From: a virus
Length of the DNA stretch: 64,000 nucleotides
IMG/VR virus record: IMGVR_UViG_3300005253_000011
Span: 1 to 64,000 of that record
Direction: 5' to 3' (one strand)
Below the pieces are notes generated by a model. The model did not search any database. It saw only the letters and a list, made by a program, of their open reading frames with translations, and was not told the origin of the DNA. The position numbers were made by a program, and so were the translations under genes. This document shows, one piece after another, positions 31,226 to 40,361 of the stretch. Position 1 is the stretch's first letter; each line of letters begins with the position of its first letter.

Positions 31226-33476
31226 CTATAAAGTTGTTAAAATTCTCTTTTACCGGTACGCGAATCATATTCCAATTAGCATCACGAACCACTTTGTATC
31301 GAACGCGCGTTTGACTTACCCGGCTATTTGTCCTGTATGTCTTCTTGTGAGCACAAGCTATCCTAGCAATATATGCGTAAGTGAGAGCATCTAAGGCATC
31401 ATCGTAATGCATCATCTTATTCAGCGGTCCCCAAGTTTCCTTCCCACTTGGTTTTATCTCATATGCAAAGGTAGTAAGTTGATCGAAGAATACCGAAATA
31501 TAAATATTATAGTGATAATTTCTGAACACTTCAGTCATGTATTCTATGACTGCATCTGCTCGTATTCCCTTCTTATCCAAGCCTATATCCCTGGCACCAC
31601 CCTGGACTTTATGAGGCAACTGGGTATTAAATATGAGTGATCCCAGGAACCCTTTCAGCTCTTTGTAGTCAATATAGTTTGTTCCAATGTTCGCCTCTAC
31701 TAAATCTGGTACACCCCTCTTTGACCCTGCTGGATTCTCTACATCATAATATAATCCCAGGAGTGTAGCCTGCATGAAACATTTTTTATGTTCATGGCTC
31801 TGCCTGTAGTTCATCAAAGCAGAACATGTCTTCAGATGATCATCCCAGATAGCGCTGGCCATTTTCGAATGCCCCGATTCTGTGGCGATGGGGTCAGTCC
31901 CCTGCCAGTATCGATTTACCCAGTGTTGTTCTGGGTGTTGGAATATCCAGGTTGTCCCTTTCCTGTCCGGGTCATCATCATCTAATGGATAGAACTTGGC
32001 ATCAATGATACGAAACGGAACGTCGCTTTCAGGCGGCATGGGATCATTGTAATCATATATAGGCTCAAAGTATCCAAGGGTTGGCCTGGCCTTCGCGCCA
32101 AGCGCCCGACAACGATCAAGACCACCCTCTATAATTTCCCGGGATACCAGCATACTGGAATTGCTCAGGAACATATCTTTAAAGCTGGATGGGTAATGCT
32201 GATGGAACTGGATCTTAGAAGTTTCCAGGTCTATATCTCTTTCTGTTGCCCTAGCCCCGTAGTACCAAGCTTGCTCTTTCAAATAATCTTCTTTAGTCAA
32301 TCTGGCATGCCAGCTGAAGAACAATGGAACAAATCCACTTTCAAACTGTTTAGCTTCCCAGAGACCTAAGATACGATACCATTCCTTCTCATAGGCTCCT
32401 TTACCCTTATCCATTTCTCCCCCGGTTCCCCACATCCAAATCTGGCGACGTAATACAAATTTACCTGTAACCGGATCATTCCAGAACATGGTAGGCCTTG
32501 CTTCGTTAAGCATGGGACCCAGGATTCCAATGTTACCAATTTCATCGATAAGGGCAAGCTGGGGAGATCCCCCGTTGATGGCGGTCTTTTTCGGAGCGAC
32601 CACATCGCATCTACTGTTTGGATACCCCTTTTTACCCTTACCTGGTTTATCAGACAACCAAAATCTGGTACCACTATCAGATTTCACGGGTGGCTGTAAC
32701 CATCTTGGTAAGGCGCCGAATGGATATTTCAGCTTATCAGTAAAGATCTCCTCAACTGTGTCCTTATCTTCAGCGATGAATTTTATATAGTAGTTATTAT
32801 GTATAAGCATCATCTTCAGTGCAATGAGGCCCATAGCGGAGGTAAATCCAATCTGTCGTCCTTTACCACCAATCACGTTATAGCGGCAATCGAATAAATA
32901 AAATATGACTGCATGGTGTTCCTTTGCATAATAACGCATCATACCACTAGCAGCATCACCTTCTTTCAGTTCTCCGTACTTATTGGCAAAGTACAAAGTG
33001 TTCTCTTTGATCCGGTCCCGCTCCTGGTTTGCATACTCCCGTTTAGCGTCCTGATCTTTGTAGTTGGTGATATTATCCTTCTCTTCCAGCCATCGAAATG
33101 CCTGGGCTTTATACCGCTCGAATAAAGGATATTTGATTGCCTGGGGAAATGGCCCATAAACAATGGAGTTAATCCAATTTATGAACTCATCGGTATGATA
33201 TAGGTTACTTGCGGGAAGCCAGTCCGCTTTGGTGAGGTTATCTTTAAACCTGGAGAATGTACCTGAATGGACAAATGGATCGTTCTTCCATCCCTTCATC
33301 TTCTTCTGCATGATCTGCTGCCCGGGAGACATCTTGACCACTTCAGGTCCATCTTTGATATACCCCTCCCGCCTCAAGACTTCTATCTGAGTGCGATTAA
33401 GAGTACCCTTTAAGTACTGTTTGTGTAAATATGCAAAGTAGCGGGCTTTTGCCGCATCTTTGCCAGTGATGACCAC
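31149..33476 (-). CDS. terL: terminase large subunit
   Basis: Walker A GKGRQIGFTS, Walker B LALIDEIG, WGTGG, RNase H-like nuclease GTDP...YDDALDA. Confidence 0.92.
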   Translation of the reverse strand: MVITGKDAAKARYFAYLHKQYLKGTLNRTQIEVLRREGYIKDGPEVVKMSPGQQIMQKKMKGWKNDPFVHSGTFSRFKDNLTKADWLPASNLYHTDEFINWINSIVYGPFPQAIKYPLFERYKAQAFRWLEEKDNITNYKDQDAKREYANQERDRIKENTLYFANKYGELKEGDAASGMMRYYAKEHHAVIFYLFDCRYNVIGGKGRQIGFTSAMGLIALKMMLIHNNYYIKFIAEDKDTVEEIFTDKLKYPFGALPRWLQPPVKSDSGTRFWLSDKPGKGKKGYPNSRCDVVAPKKTAINGGSPQLALIDEIGNIGILGPMLNEARPTMFWNDPVTGKFVLRRQIWMWGTGGEMDKGKGAYEKEWYRILGLWEAKQFESGFVPLFFSWHARLTKEDYLKEQAWYYGARATERDIDLETSKIQFHQHYPSSFKDMFLSNSSMLVSREIIEGGLDRCRALGAKARPTLGYFEPIYDYNDPMPPESDVPFRIIDAKFYPLDDDDPDRKGTTWIFQHPEQHWVNRYWQGTDPIATESGHSKMASAIWDDHLKTCSALMNYRQSHEHKKCFMQATLLGLYYDVENPAGSKRGVPDLVEANIGTNYIDYKELKGFLGSLIFNTQLPHKVQGGARDIGLDKKGIRADAVIEYMTEVFRNYHYNIYISVFFDQLTTFAYEIKPSGKETWGPLNKMMHYDDALDALTYAYIARIACAHKKTYRTNSRVSQTRVRYKVVRDANWNMIRVPVKENFNNFIDEKDIRSVQNEARRLSQSLPGTEKD

Positions 33477-33479
33477 GAT

Positions 33480-33749
33480 CTATCTAATTATACCGCGTTC
33501 CTGTAACCTCCGCAGCCGAAGCAACTGGGTTTCCAGGAAGACGACTTTCGACTTAAGTTTCTCCATATACTGAATTGCAATCTGAACTGCATTTCTATCA
33601 CCTGGAGTAGTGTCTAATTTGGATAGCGCTTCCGGTAGAGTGGAAAATTCGTTTGCACCAATCTCATCTGCCGGAACATTTCCGACACAATAATCAACTA
33701 TCTTTTCCAAATAGTCAAGTGGATCAACTTCCAGTCCCTTATTTGCCAT
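33480..33749 (-). CDS. hypothetical protein (possible terminase small subunit)
   Basis: 89 aa immediately upstream of terL; position only. Confidence 0.4.
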   Translation of the reverse strand: MANKGLEVDPLDYLEKIVDYCVGNVPADEIGANEFSTLPEALSKLDTTPGDRNAVQIAIQYMEKLKSKVVFLETQLLRLRRLQERGIIR

Positions 33750-34070
33750 CTATTTATACTTTTTCTCTAATTCAACTGCATGCTTCTCAATGATCTCATT
33801 GAAGGTAAGGTGACCCTGAGAAAGGTGAAATGACTCTTGTGCCTTATTATTCTCAGCCCTGATCATCTCATCATAAGTATTCTGATGAACCATTCTGTTG
33901 CGCTCCACTTCTCTTGTAGCAGTCTCTTCATAAACACTCTCCGGCTTCTCTTGCCCTTGATCCAGTAACTGAACCAGGTGAGCTGACATAGAAATCCCCT
34001 TAGGTTTAGAAGCCTTAAGCTTCTCAAACAACTCGGTATCCAGTCTAAACGAAAAATGTTTTGTACTCAT
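33750..34070 (-). CDS. ribbon-helix-helix DNA-binding protein
   Basis: Start reassigned to MSTKHFSFRLDTELFEKLKA...GISMSAHLVQLL (CopG/Arc-like pattern). Confidence 0.6.
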   Translation of the reverse strand: MSTKHFSFRLDTELFEKLKASKPKGISMSAHLVQLLDQGQEKPESVYEETATREVERNRMVHQNTYDEMIRAENNKAQESFHLSQGHLTFNEIIEKHAVELEKKYK

Positions 34071-34074
34071 AATA

Positions 34075-34106
34075 CAAAGGTAACCATTAAATATGAGACT
34101 ACCAAA
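34075..34106 (-). promoter_or_regulatory. Bacteroidota promoter at head of the late operon
   Basis: TTTG-N20-TACCTTTG, giving a nearly leaderless mRNA. Confidence 0.7.
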
Positions 34107-34280
34107 AATACCTGTGCTCATTAATGTATGCAGATAGCTATATCTCAATAACAATAGGCAATTAACTGTGCTCACTTTTGTGCTCGCTTACGAATCTGAA
34201 CACGAAAAAACAGTATACTCAGTAACTCAGTAACTCAGTATCTGCAACGCCTGGTGGAGGGCAAAATCATAAAAAATAAA

Positions 34281-34372
34281 AACCCGGCAAATTCGTAGCA
34301 TGATTGCGAGCGAAGCGAGCAAGCATGCTGGCACAAAGAAAGCAAGCGCAGCGCCGCTTTCGACTGCCGGTT
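34281..34372. other. branched DNA hairpin with GCGAAGC/GCGCAGC mini-loops (origin/primosome-site-like)
   Basis: CCGGCA..TGCCGG closing stem enclosing AGCATG..GCGAGCGAAGCGAGC..CATGCT and AAAGC..GCGCAGC..GCTTT, in the divergent intergenic region. Confidence 0.45.
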
Positions 34373-34437
34373 CCCCCTATTGTTCAAAAGATTGTATACC
34401 TATAAGACGCGCGAGAGACATATATTTTACCCACTTC

Positions 34438-34469
34438 TTTGGTAGTGTCAATAATTATCAATATCTTTG
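34438..34469 (+). promoter_or_regulatory. Bacteroidota promoter
   Basis: TTTG-N20-TATCTTTG just upstream of the ATG at 34476. Confidence 0.7.
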
Positions 34470-34475
34470 TCGTAT

Positions 34476-35339
34476 ATGAAAAAAACAACATTCGATTGGG
34501 AGCTATACCATAAGATGTATCAGTTCCACAAAATTGCTAGTGAACAAGGAATAAGGTTATCAGCTGAAAAGTTACGTGACCATTTTGAAATACCTGATCG
34601 CACAGCAAGATACTATTTCTTTATGGTATCAAATAATTACAGTCAAAGTTTACAAACTACCAAATCCAGAGGAGAGAACAGATTGATCATTCCAGACATT
34701 CATGCACCATTCGTTAAAAAAGGATTCTTGGAACATTGTGTAAAAGCTTATCATGACTACTACTGTACCAAAGTTACTTTTTTAGGGGATATCCTAGATA
34801 ACCACTTCACTTCATTTTGGAAAAGTGATCCTGACGGGTTATCAGCAAAGGATGAAGTTGAGATGGCTATTGATATCCTTCAGCCATGGTACAACGCATT
34901 TCCGGAAGCAGAGATATGTACCGGAAATCATGACGTGAGAATACGTCGTCAAGCTTTTGATGCTGGTATATCTGAAAAATGGATCAAGGATTATTCTGAG
35001 GTAATGGAAACCCCTGGATGGATTTGGGATGATTACTGGGATCATTTTGGCACAAGGTATACTCACGGCGACGGACCGGGAGGGGCACTTAATGGCGCCT
35101 TCCAAAGAGTACTGTACTGGGATCTATCAACAGTACAAGGACATTGGCATACAAGTAGTTACACACGTTGGAAGGTATCTGAATCAAATAGACTATATGC
35201 TTTTCAATTGGGATGTGGCATGGATTACAAATCCTATGCTGCTGCTTATAGTAAAAAATCTCAAAAGAAACCAGTGATTGAATGTGGTGTCATCCTTGAC
35301 GATGGCAGAATTCCAATTCACCTCCCAATGTACTTATAA
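34476..35339 (+). CDS. calcineurin-like metallophosphoesterase with N-terminal HTH-like segment
   Basis: DIH, GDILD, GNHD, THGD and GHWH motifs. Confidence 0.85.
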   Translation: MKKTTFDWELYHKMYQFHKIASEQGIRLSAEKLRDHFEIPDRTARYYFFMVSNNYSQSLQTTKSRGENRLIIPDIHAPFVKKGFLEHCVKAYHDYYCTKVTFLGDILDNHFTSFWKSDPDGLSAKDEVEMAIDILQPWYNAFPEAEICTGNHDVRIRRQAFDAGISEKWIKDYSEVMETPGWIWDDYWDHFGTRYTHGDGPGGALNGAFQRVLYWDLSTVQGHWHTSSYTRWKVSESNRLYAFQLGCGMDYKSYAAAYSKKSQKKPVIECGVILDDGRIPIHLPMYL

Positions 35340-35349
35340 TTAGATAATT

Positions 35350-35844
35350 ATGCCAGTAATTTTAAGGCCAATAAAGGAAAGATTTTTTGAAAAGATCAAT
35401 AAAAATCCAATAACGGGATGTTGGAACTGGACTGCTCACAAGAGTAAGAGTGGTTATGGCTACATTTCAGTAACTGGTGATAGAGTACGCCGGGCTCATA
35501 GAGTATCTTACGAATTATTCGTAGGGCCTATAAAACCTGGATTATTCATTTGCCATAAATGTGATAATCGTGGCTGTGTTAATCCTGATCATTTATTCAT
35601 GGGAACGCATCTGGATAATATGGCTGATATGGTTAAAAAGGGTAGAGTAAAACTTAGTGTAAATACTCAATTCAAACCAGGCCACATCCGTAATCGTGTA
35701 TTATCAGATGATATTGTTCGTAAGATAAGACGTGAATTAGCAAAGGAGGAACTTACTTCGGTAAAAATAAGTAAAATATTTGGAATCGGCGTTGATACTG
35801 TACGGGATATTAAAGCTGGAAGATCTTATTCCGAAATTACTTAG
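35350..35844 (+). CDS. HNH homing endonuclease
   Basis: GCWNW...GYG...RAHRVSYEL...ICHKCDNRGCVNPDHLF.GTH.DN. Confidence 0.9.
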   Translation: MPVILRPIKERFFEKINKNPITGCWNWTAHKSKSGYGYISVTGDRVRRAHRVSYELFVGPIKPGLFICHKCDNRGCVNPDHLFMGTHLDNMADMVKKGRVKLSVNTQFKPGHIRNRVLSDDIVRKIRRELAKEELTSVKISKIFGIGVDTVRDIKAGRSYSEIT

Positions 35845-35868
35845 AATCATTCCAAATAACATTTGCTA

Positions 35869-35899
35869 TTGCACAATCCAATTTTTATTTGTAATTTTG
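35869..35899 (+). promoter_or_regulatory. promoter of the tmRNA precursor
   Basis: TTG-N20-TAATTTTG directly upstream of the acceptor piece. Confidence 0.6.
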
Positions 35900-35902
35900 T
35901 CC

Positions 35903-36311
35903 CAGTCCTTTGATGATTGATATGTTGAAAGGCATTTGGACATGGGTTCGATTCCCATACACTCCACTAGAAAAGTCCAACCGGTAGCCAGAAAGAGTAT
36001 ATTCTGCTGGTGTCTATTCGGCTCTGGCCTTGGGGGATGATTCACTGCCACGGTATCCTGTTGAGGAACAGGTAATCCCACGGATAAGGTGAATATTCCT
36101 CCCCCCTTGCAAAAGGGTAAGTTACAATTTTGTAAGATACGGGGTGTACCGGCTTTTGACAGTGCTAGAGTAGGATATCAGGAGAAGACTAGCTAATTAA
36201 CAGGCGAAAATGTTAAATTAATTCCTCATGGCAACTTCAAGGAAGCAGCCTAGCTAGGAGCCCGGGTCCCATGACCTCCAGGATAAGATCGGGAAGGGTG
36301 GGTCCCCCGGG
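35903..36311 (+). ncRNA. ssrA: circularly permuted (two-piece) tmRNA
   Basis: The acceptor piece (T-arm ATGGG-TTCGATT-CCCAT, ACACTCC-A ending at 35966) lies upstream of the coding piece that starts GGGGTGTACCGGCTTTTGAC at 36141. The 7-bp acceptor stem includes G3.U70. Tag frame 36203-36253 reads GENVKLIPHGNFKEAA*. Outer ends are approximate. Confidence 0.88.
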
Positions 36312-36330
36312 TAAACTTAAAACGTGATAA

Positions 36331-37047
36331 ATGAAGAAACAACTTTTGCAATTACAAGGTCGGTCCAGAACCATTACATCCTATTTGGATAATCTGAACA
36401 TCAACGCAGACGTAGTAGAACAGTACAACAAGCTTGGAAATCAAGGTCTTGTCCATTGGAAAGAGTGGAGAGACATTATGCAGGATGAAGAGAAGTACAA
36501 AGCTCTGTCTCCCATCGAGCAACAAACACTGCATGAGAATTCCAGGTCCTACACTCAAATGCTTACTGAGCTTGATAATGAGGTTAAATATCTTACTAAT
36601 ACCAAGCATTCCCTGGCCCTGGCCGATTGCCTCAATCACATCCTTTCAGCTAATCAGCTGTTAGACAAACTTGTAGATATTTATGGTGGTCGTGATGGAG
36701 CCTTCAGTTTCACTAAACTCAAGCACGTCAGACAAAAAGGCTGGGACAAGACTGGATATAAAGACAAAGTATTCAATCTGGCCACAGAGCTGGATCTGTT
36801 GACTGAAGATTTCGGTAATCTTCTGAATACTGAGGAAAAAATGAATTTTGTCCAAACTACAGTAGACGCATTAATGAATTACATTTATGTATCCTTTGTA
36901 CAATCGCTAGCATGGCTTAACAGTGAATATGATCGTATAGAGCAGCAAGGGATGCCGGAAGCAGGAGAATTTAAGCTCCCTGAGATCCAGGTACCTAAAG
37001 TACCAGAGGATGGCGAAAGTGATCAGTCAGAAAAACCTAAGGAGTAA
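36331..37047 (+). CDS. hypothetical protein
   Basis: 238-aa helical ORF. Confidence 0.65.
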   Translation: MKKQLLQLQGRSRTITSYLDNLNINADVVEQYNKLGNQGLVHWKEWRDIMQDEEKYKALSPIEQQTLHENSRSYTQMLTELDNEVKYLTNTKHSLALADCLNHILSANQLLDKLVDIYGGRDGAFSFTKLKHVRQKGWDKTGYKDKVFNLATELDLLTEDFGNLLNTEEKMNFVQTTVDALMNYIYVSFVQSLAWLNSEYDRIEQQGMPEAGEFKLPEIQVPKVPEDGESDQSEKPKE

Positions 37048-37075
37048 TTCTCCTGCTTTTTAAAACTATAAAATT

Positions 37076-37300
37076 ATGACAAGTAAAAATCGCATCACGG
37101 TTCATCTGTTTCACACTACAGATAGAGGAGCCATAATAAGGACAGTTAAAAACATCATTCTGTTTAACACGCCATATCAGGAGATTCCCAGTACAATTGA
37201 TAAAATCGTCATGGAATTCTACAGTACATATGACTTCCACGAGATCAAAACCATCACATCAATTAAGGATGAGATCTACGTAAACGGGGGTTTGATATGA
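37076..37300 (+). CDS. hypothetical protein
   Basis: 74 aa, AT-rich leader, ATGA overlap with the next gene. Confidence 0.55.
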   Translation: MTSKNRITVHLFHTTDRGAIIRTVKNIILFNTPYQEIPSTIDKIVMEFYSTYDFHEIKTITSIKDEIYVNGGLI

Positions 37301-37530
37301 GACCAGAAAACTTTCATTGGTTTCCCATGGATAGTTCCAGGAGTATCGTCGCATACAGAGCAGCAGATTGGCAGATGATGATTATACCATCTCTACAAGT
37401 CGAGACCGATCATGGAGAAGAGGTTGAATTGTTTCATGTGATCATTGATAGGGCCGGGGAGAACGGAGTTCTTATTAACAGGCTGATGACCTGGTGCCAG
37501 ATCATTGAAGCTTTCAAGATTGAAGTCTAA
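37297..37530 (+). CDS. hypothetical protein
   Basis: 77 aa, coupled to the previous ORF. Confidence 0.55.
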   Translation: MRPENFHWFPMDSSRSIVAYRAADWQMMIIPSLQVETDHGEEVELFHVIIDRAGENGVLINRLMTWCQIIEAFKIEV

Positions 37531-37670
37531 ATGCTCCGGCTGTCATATAATATACGATAATCTTAAATTGAATAGATGCCGGGGAACCTGGTACATAGAG
37601 AACCGGTATAAAGCATACATCTGCCAATGTGGTAGTAAATCATTTACTGAAATTAAATAATTTAAACAAC

Positions 37671-38153
37671 ATGAGAAAAATCGCATTAATCTTAGGAATG
37701 TTCATCGCTCTTACTTTCATGAGCATGAATTCAGTACAGGCTGAAACCAGTACCTGGACCGTTAATCATTATTGCATGCATGATTCGAATGATGTATCCA
37801 TAGAGGAACATCCTGACATAGAGCCTTTTGTGCTGACTATGGTGGCGAAGGCCAATAAGGGTGATTATGGAACGATCTCCATGGATAATGAGGAGAAAAC
37901 CACATACAACCTTGTAGAGTTTTCTGCGGGTCGTAAAGGCAATAATTACAAAACTTTTTATTTTAGGGCGATAGACAATGACTCTATTGAATGCCTTATA
38001 AATGTTATCTTATATACTGATGGCAGTAATTATGCTTTCAGTCTCAGTGTAACATACCCCGACAAAATATTATATTGGACTGGGGTATTGATCGCATTTG
38101 AAGAAGCTGAACGAAAAATACTAACTTATTGGCAACAACATCAAAGTTTATAA
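37671..38153 (+). CDS. secreted/periplasmic hypothetical protein
   Basis: Signal peptide MRKIALILGMFIALTFMSMNSVQA. Confidence 0.65.
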   Translation: MRKIALILGMFIALTFMSMNSVQAETSTWTVNHYCMHDSNDVSIEEHPDIEPFVLTMVAKANKGDYGTISMDNEEKTTYNLVEFSAGRKGNNYKTFYFRAIDNDSIECLINVILYTDGSNYAFSLSVTYPDKILYWTGVLIAFEEAERKILTYWQQHQSL

Positions 38154-38165
38154 AATCATTTTAAA

Positions 38166-39221
38166 ATGGAAACTAAGAAATTAAAAGACCTCTCATTTGA
38201 GGCACTTTGCGCTATTATTGCCAAAGTTATTCATAGCGCCAACAGGGCCTATGTCGATGCAATTGGTGGTCGTGCAGTTAATCTTTCCTGGGAAGAGGTC
38301 AGGGAAGAAATGCGCAGTGGTCTGATCAAGGCTGTTGCAAGTACGATTGTAAACCCTCTAACCCCATCAATCTCTCATGAGAAATGGTGTTTAGCCCGGG
38401 AGGCAAAAGGATGGACGAAGGATCTCAAGTATGATTACCATCGCAAGACCCATCCAAATCTGATTCCTTTTGATCAATTGCCCCCTGAGGAGCAATTCAA
38501 AGATCATTTATATATGGGTATCGCCAGCATTTTCTGCGGTGGATGGGACATTTTGGATATGCCGGAAGTTCAGGCAGCCAGGAGAATCCTTGCAGAGAAG
38601 TTTGCAGCGGAGTCAGAAGAGGCAAAAATTGCGGTTGAGGATGATGTTATGGATTCAGTAGATCCCGCGACAACTGAAGCTCTCCAAGCGAAGCTGGATG
38701 AAGCCAAAGAGAAGCTTGCTGCAGCAGAGGCTGAGGCTAAGGATGTACGTAAGGATGAAGAGCCGGGTCCAGACTATGTTATCAACGGAGTTGAGAAGAA
38801 GTATCAACCGGTTATGGATAATGATCAGAGTGAGGGAAGATCCACGGATGAACTCATGGATGGTCCTAAACCAAATCTACCCGCCGATGAGGGCGGTATT
38901 GAAACACCATTACCGGACGTGAAGCAGGATGAAGAACTGGGACCTGAAGGAGTGAAGCTTAATGCTGTGGTTATTGATCAAGCGGACATTAAGGTACCAG
39001 AAACGCCGCTTCCATCAGCTAACGAGATCCTGGATCATAAGCCAAAAGAGTTTACTGCCATGGGTGCAGCAAAGGCTATACTTGGAACTTCGCCAGAAGG
39101 TATTAAGGACGATGGTGGACCAGGTGAAATCAAAGACTTTGAGAATGCTAAAGCTGCACCACTGCCCGGGACTAAAGGAGACAGTACAAAGCCGAAGAAA
39201 AAGGCCACTGCCAAGAAATAG
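38166..39221 (+). CDS. RyR-domain protein with acidic disordered tail
   Basis: HEKW...R...GW......D...KTHPNLIPFDQLP.EEQ.KD is the RyR repeat signature. Confidence 0.8.
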   Translation: METKKLKDLSFEALCAIIAKVIHSANRAYVDAIGGRAVNLSWEEVREEMRSGLIKAVASTIVNPLTPSISHEKWCLAREAKGWTKDLKYDYHRKTHPNLIPFDQLPPEEQFKDHLYMGIASIFCGGWDILDMPEVQAARRILAEKFAAESEEAKIAVEDDVMDSVDPATTEALQAKLDEAKEKLAAAEAEAKDVRKDEEPGPDYVINGVEKKYQPVMDNDQSEGRSTDELMDGPKPNLPADEGGIETPLPDVKQDEELGPEGVKLNAVVIDQADIKVPETPLPSANEILDHKPKEFTAMGAAKAILGTSPEGIKDDGGPGEIKDFENAKAAPLPGTKGDSTKPKKKATAKK

Positions 39222-39682
39222 AACGATGGGAGGGGCATAGTAGTCCCTCCATCACTATTCAATTATATGGAATATACAACAACAAAAGAACGCTTACAGC
39301 GCATGGCTTTAGGTCATACAAGTGAAGGATCTGATTTAAGACGACCTGATGGAGGCTTATCATTTCTGGTTATCAACCACTATTCACTGGATGGCACAAA
39401 GCATAGAGATCTTCGTTTCGTTGTCTCTACGCACCCCAAACAACTACCGCTTTATGAATGACGACATGTCCTCTTGCCAAGGTAATGGATGCGACGCCGC
39501 ATCGAAATGTGCACGATATGCGCCAGAGATAACATATATCTTTCAAGATTATTTCAAATCTACTCCAGGTAAGGATGAAACCTGTAAATCTTTTACCGCT
39601 ATTTAGAGTCATTCTACTAGTTTGTCTCAATATAAACACTTATCTTTGTAAAAACATAATCTCTCAATAATAAAACAACACA

Positions 39683-40168
39683 ATGAAACGCAAATGGATT
39701 TTACAACTCGTAACGATAATGATGATCATGGCCTTGTTCGTCATCACCGTTAACACCTGCTCCGCCGAAAAGGACTACTATTCTGTAGTTGGCGTGGGAT
39801 TGTCCGTTAATGACGTTCCAATACTCTTTGACGTAAGCACACCGACTGTGGTTACCATGGATGATGAGAACGACGTCGTAACAATTATTGCTTCCCCGAG
39901 TAGGGTGTACCTGTACCTCATAACTGACATAATAGGTAAAGACAGCGACTCTGCTTTTCTAGGCGCGACGTTTGCAGCCGTTGATCCCAATCATAACAAG
40001 TATATCATTAATATGCGAATGTACGTTGATAAGACCATACAATTAACCATAATGGATGATAAAGGCCAAAATGGTTTCGTATTACTCCTGGATGAACCAG
40101 AAGAACATAGAGGTATCCAGACTCGGAATGACCTCATTCGCCGGCGTATTATAGCCGGATTAAAATAA
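39683..40168 (+). CDS. secreted hypothetical protein
   Basis: N-terminal signal peptide; preceded by a TATCTTTG promoter element at 39641. Confidence 0.6.
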   Translation: MKRKWILQLVTIMMIMALFVITVNTCSAEKDYYSVVGVGLSVNDVPILFDVSTPTVVTMDDENDVVTIIASPSRVYLYLITDIIGKDSDSAFLGATFAAVDPNHNKYIINMRMYVDKTIQLTIMDDKGQNGFVLLLDEPEEHRGIQTRNDLIRRRIIAGLK

Positions 40169-40172
40169 AATC

Positions 40173-40361
40173 ATGAAAAGAAGATTTGTAATTTACAAGA
40201 ACACAGTACTTGAAGTAATACACTCACCATATGCTGCAGCATGCCAAGCTTGTTTTTTCCATAACAGGTGCGCGTTATCTGAGCCGATGGAAGAAAGAGT
40301 TGGTCATGCGTGTACGGATGATGATACTCATTATGTTAAAGTCGGAAAACTTTTAAAATAA
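40173..40361 (+). CDS. small Cys-containing hypothetical protein
   Basis: 62 aa with CxxC; coupled to neighbours. Confidence 0.5.
   Translation: MKRRFVIYKNTVLEVIHSPYAAACQACFFHNRCALSEPMEERVGHACTDDDTHYVKVGKLLK

Noticed and set aside
1296-33125. Numerous plus-strand ORFs in the track (e.g. 6491-7669, 25035-25688)
   Set aside because: They are antisense shadows of well-supported minus-strand genes and show no motifs or leaders.
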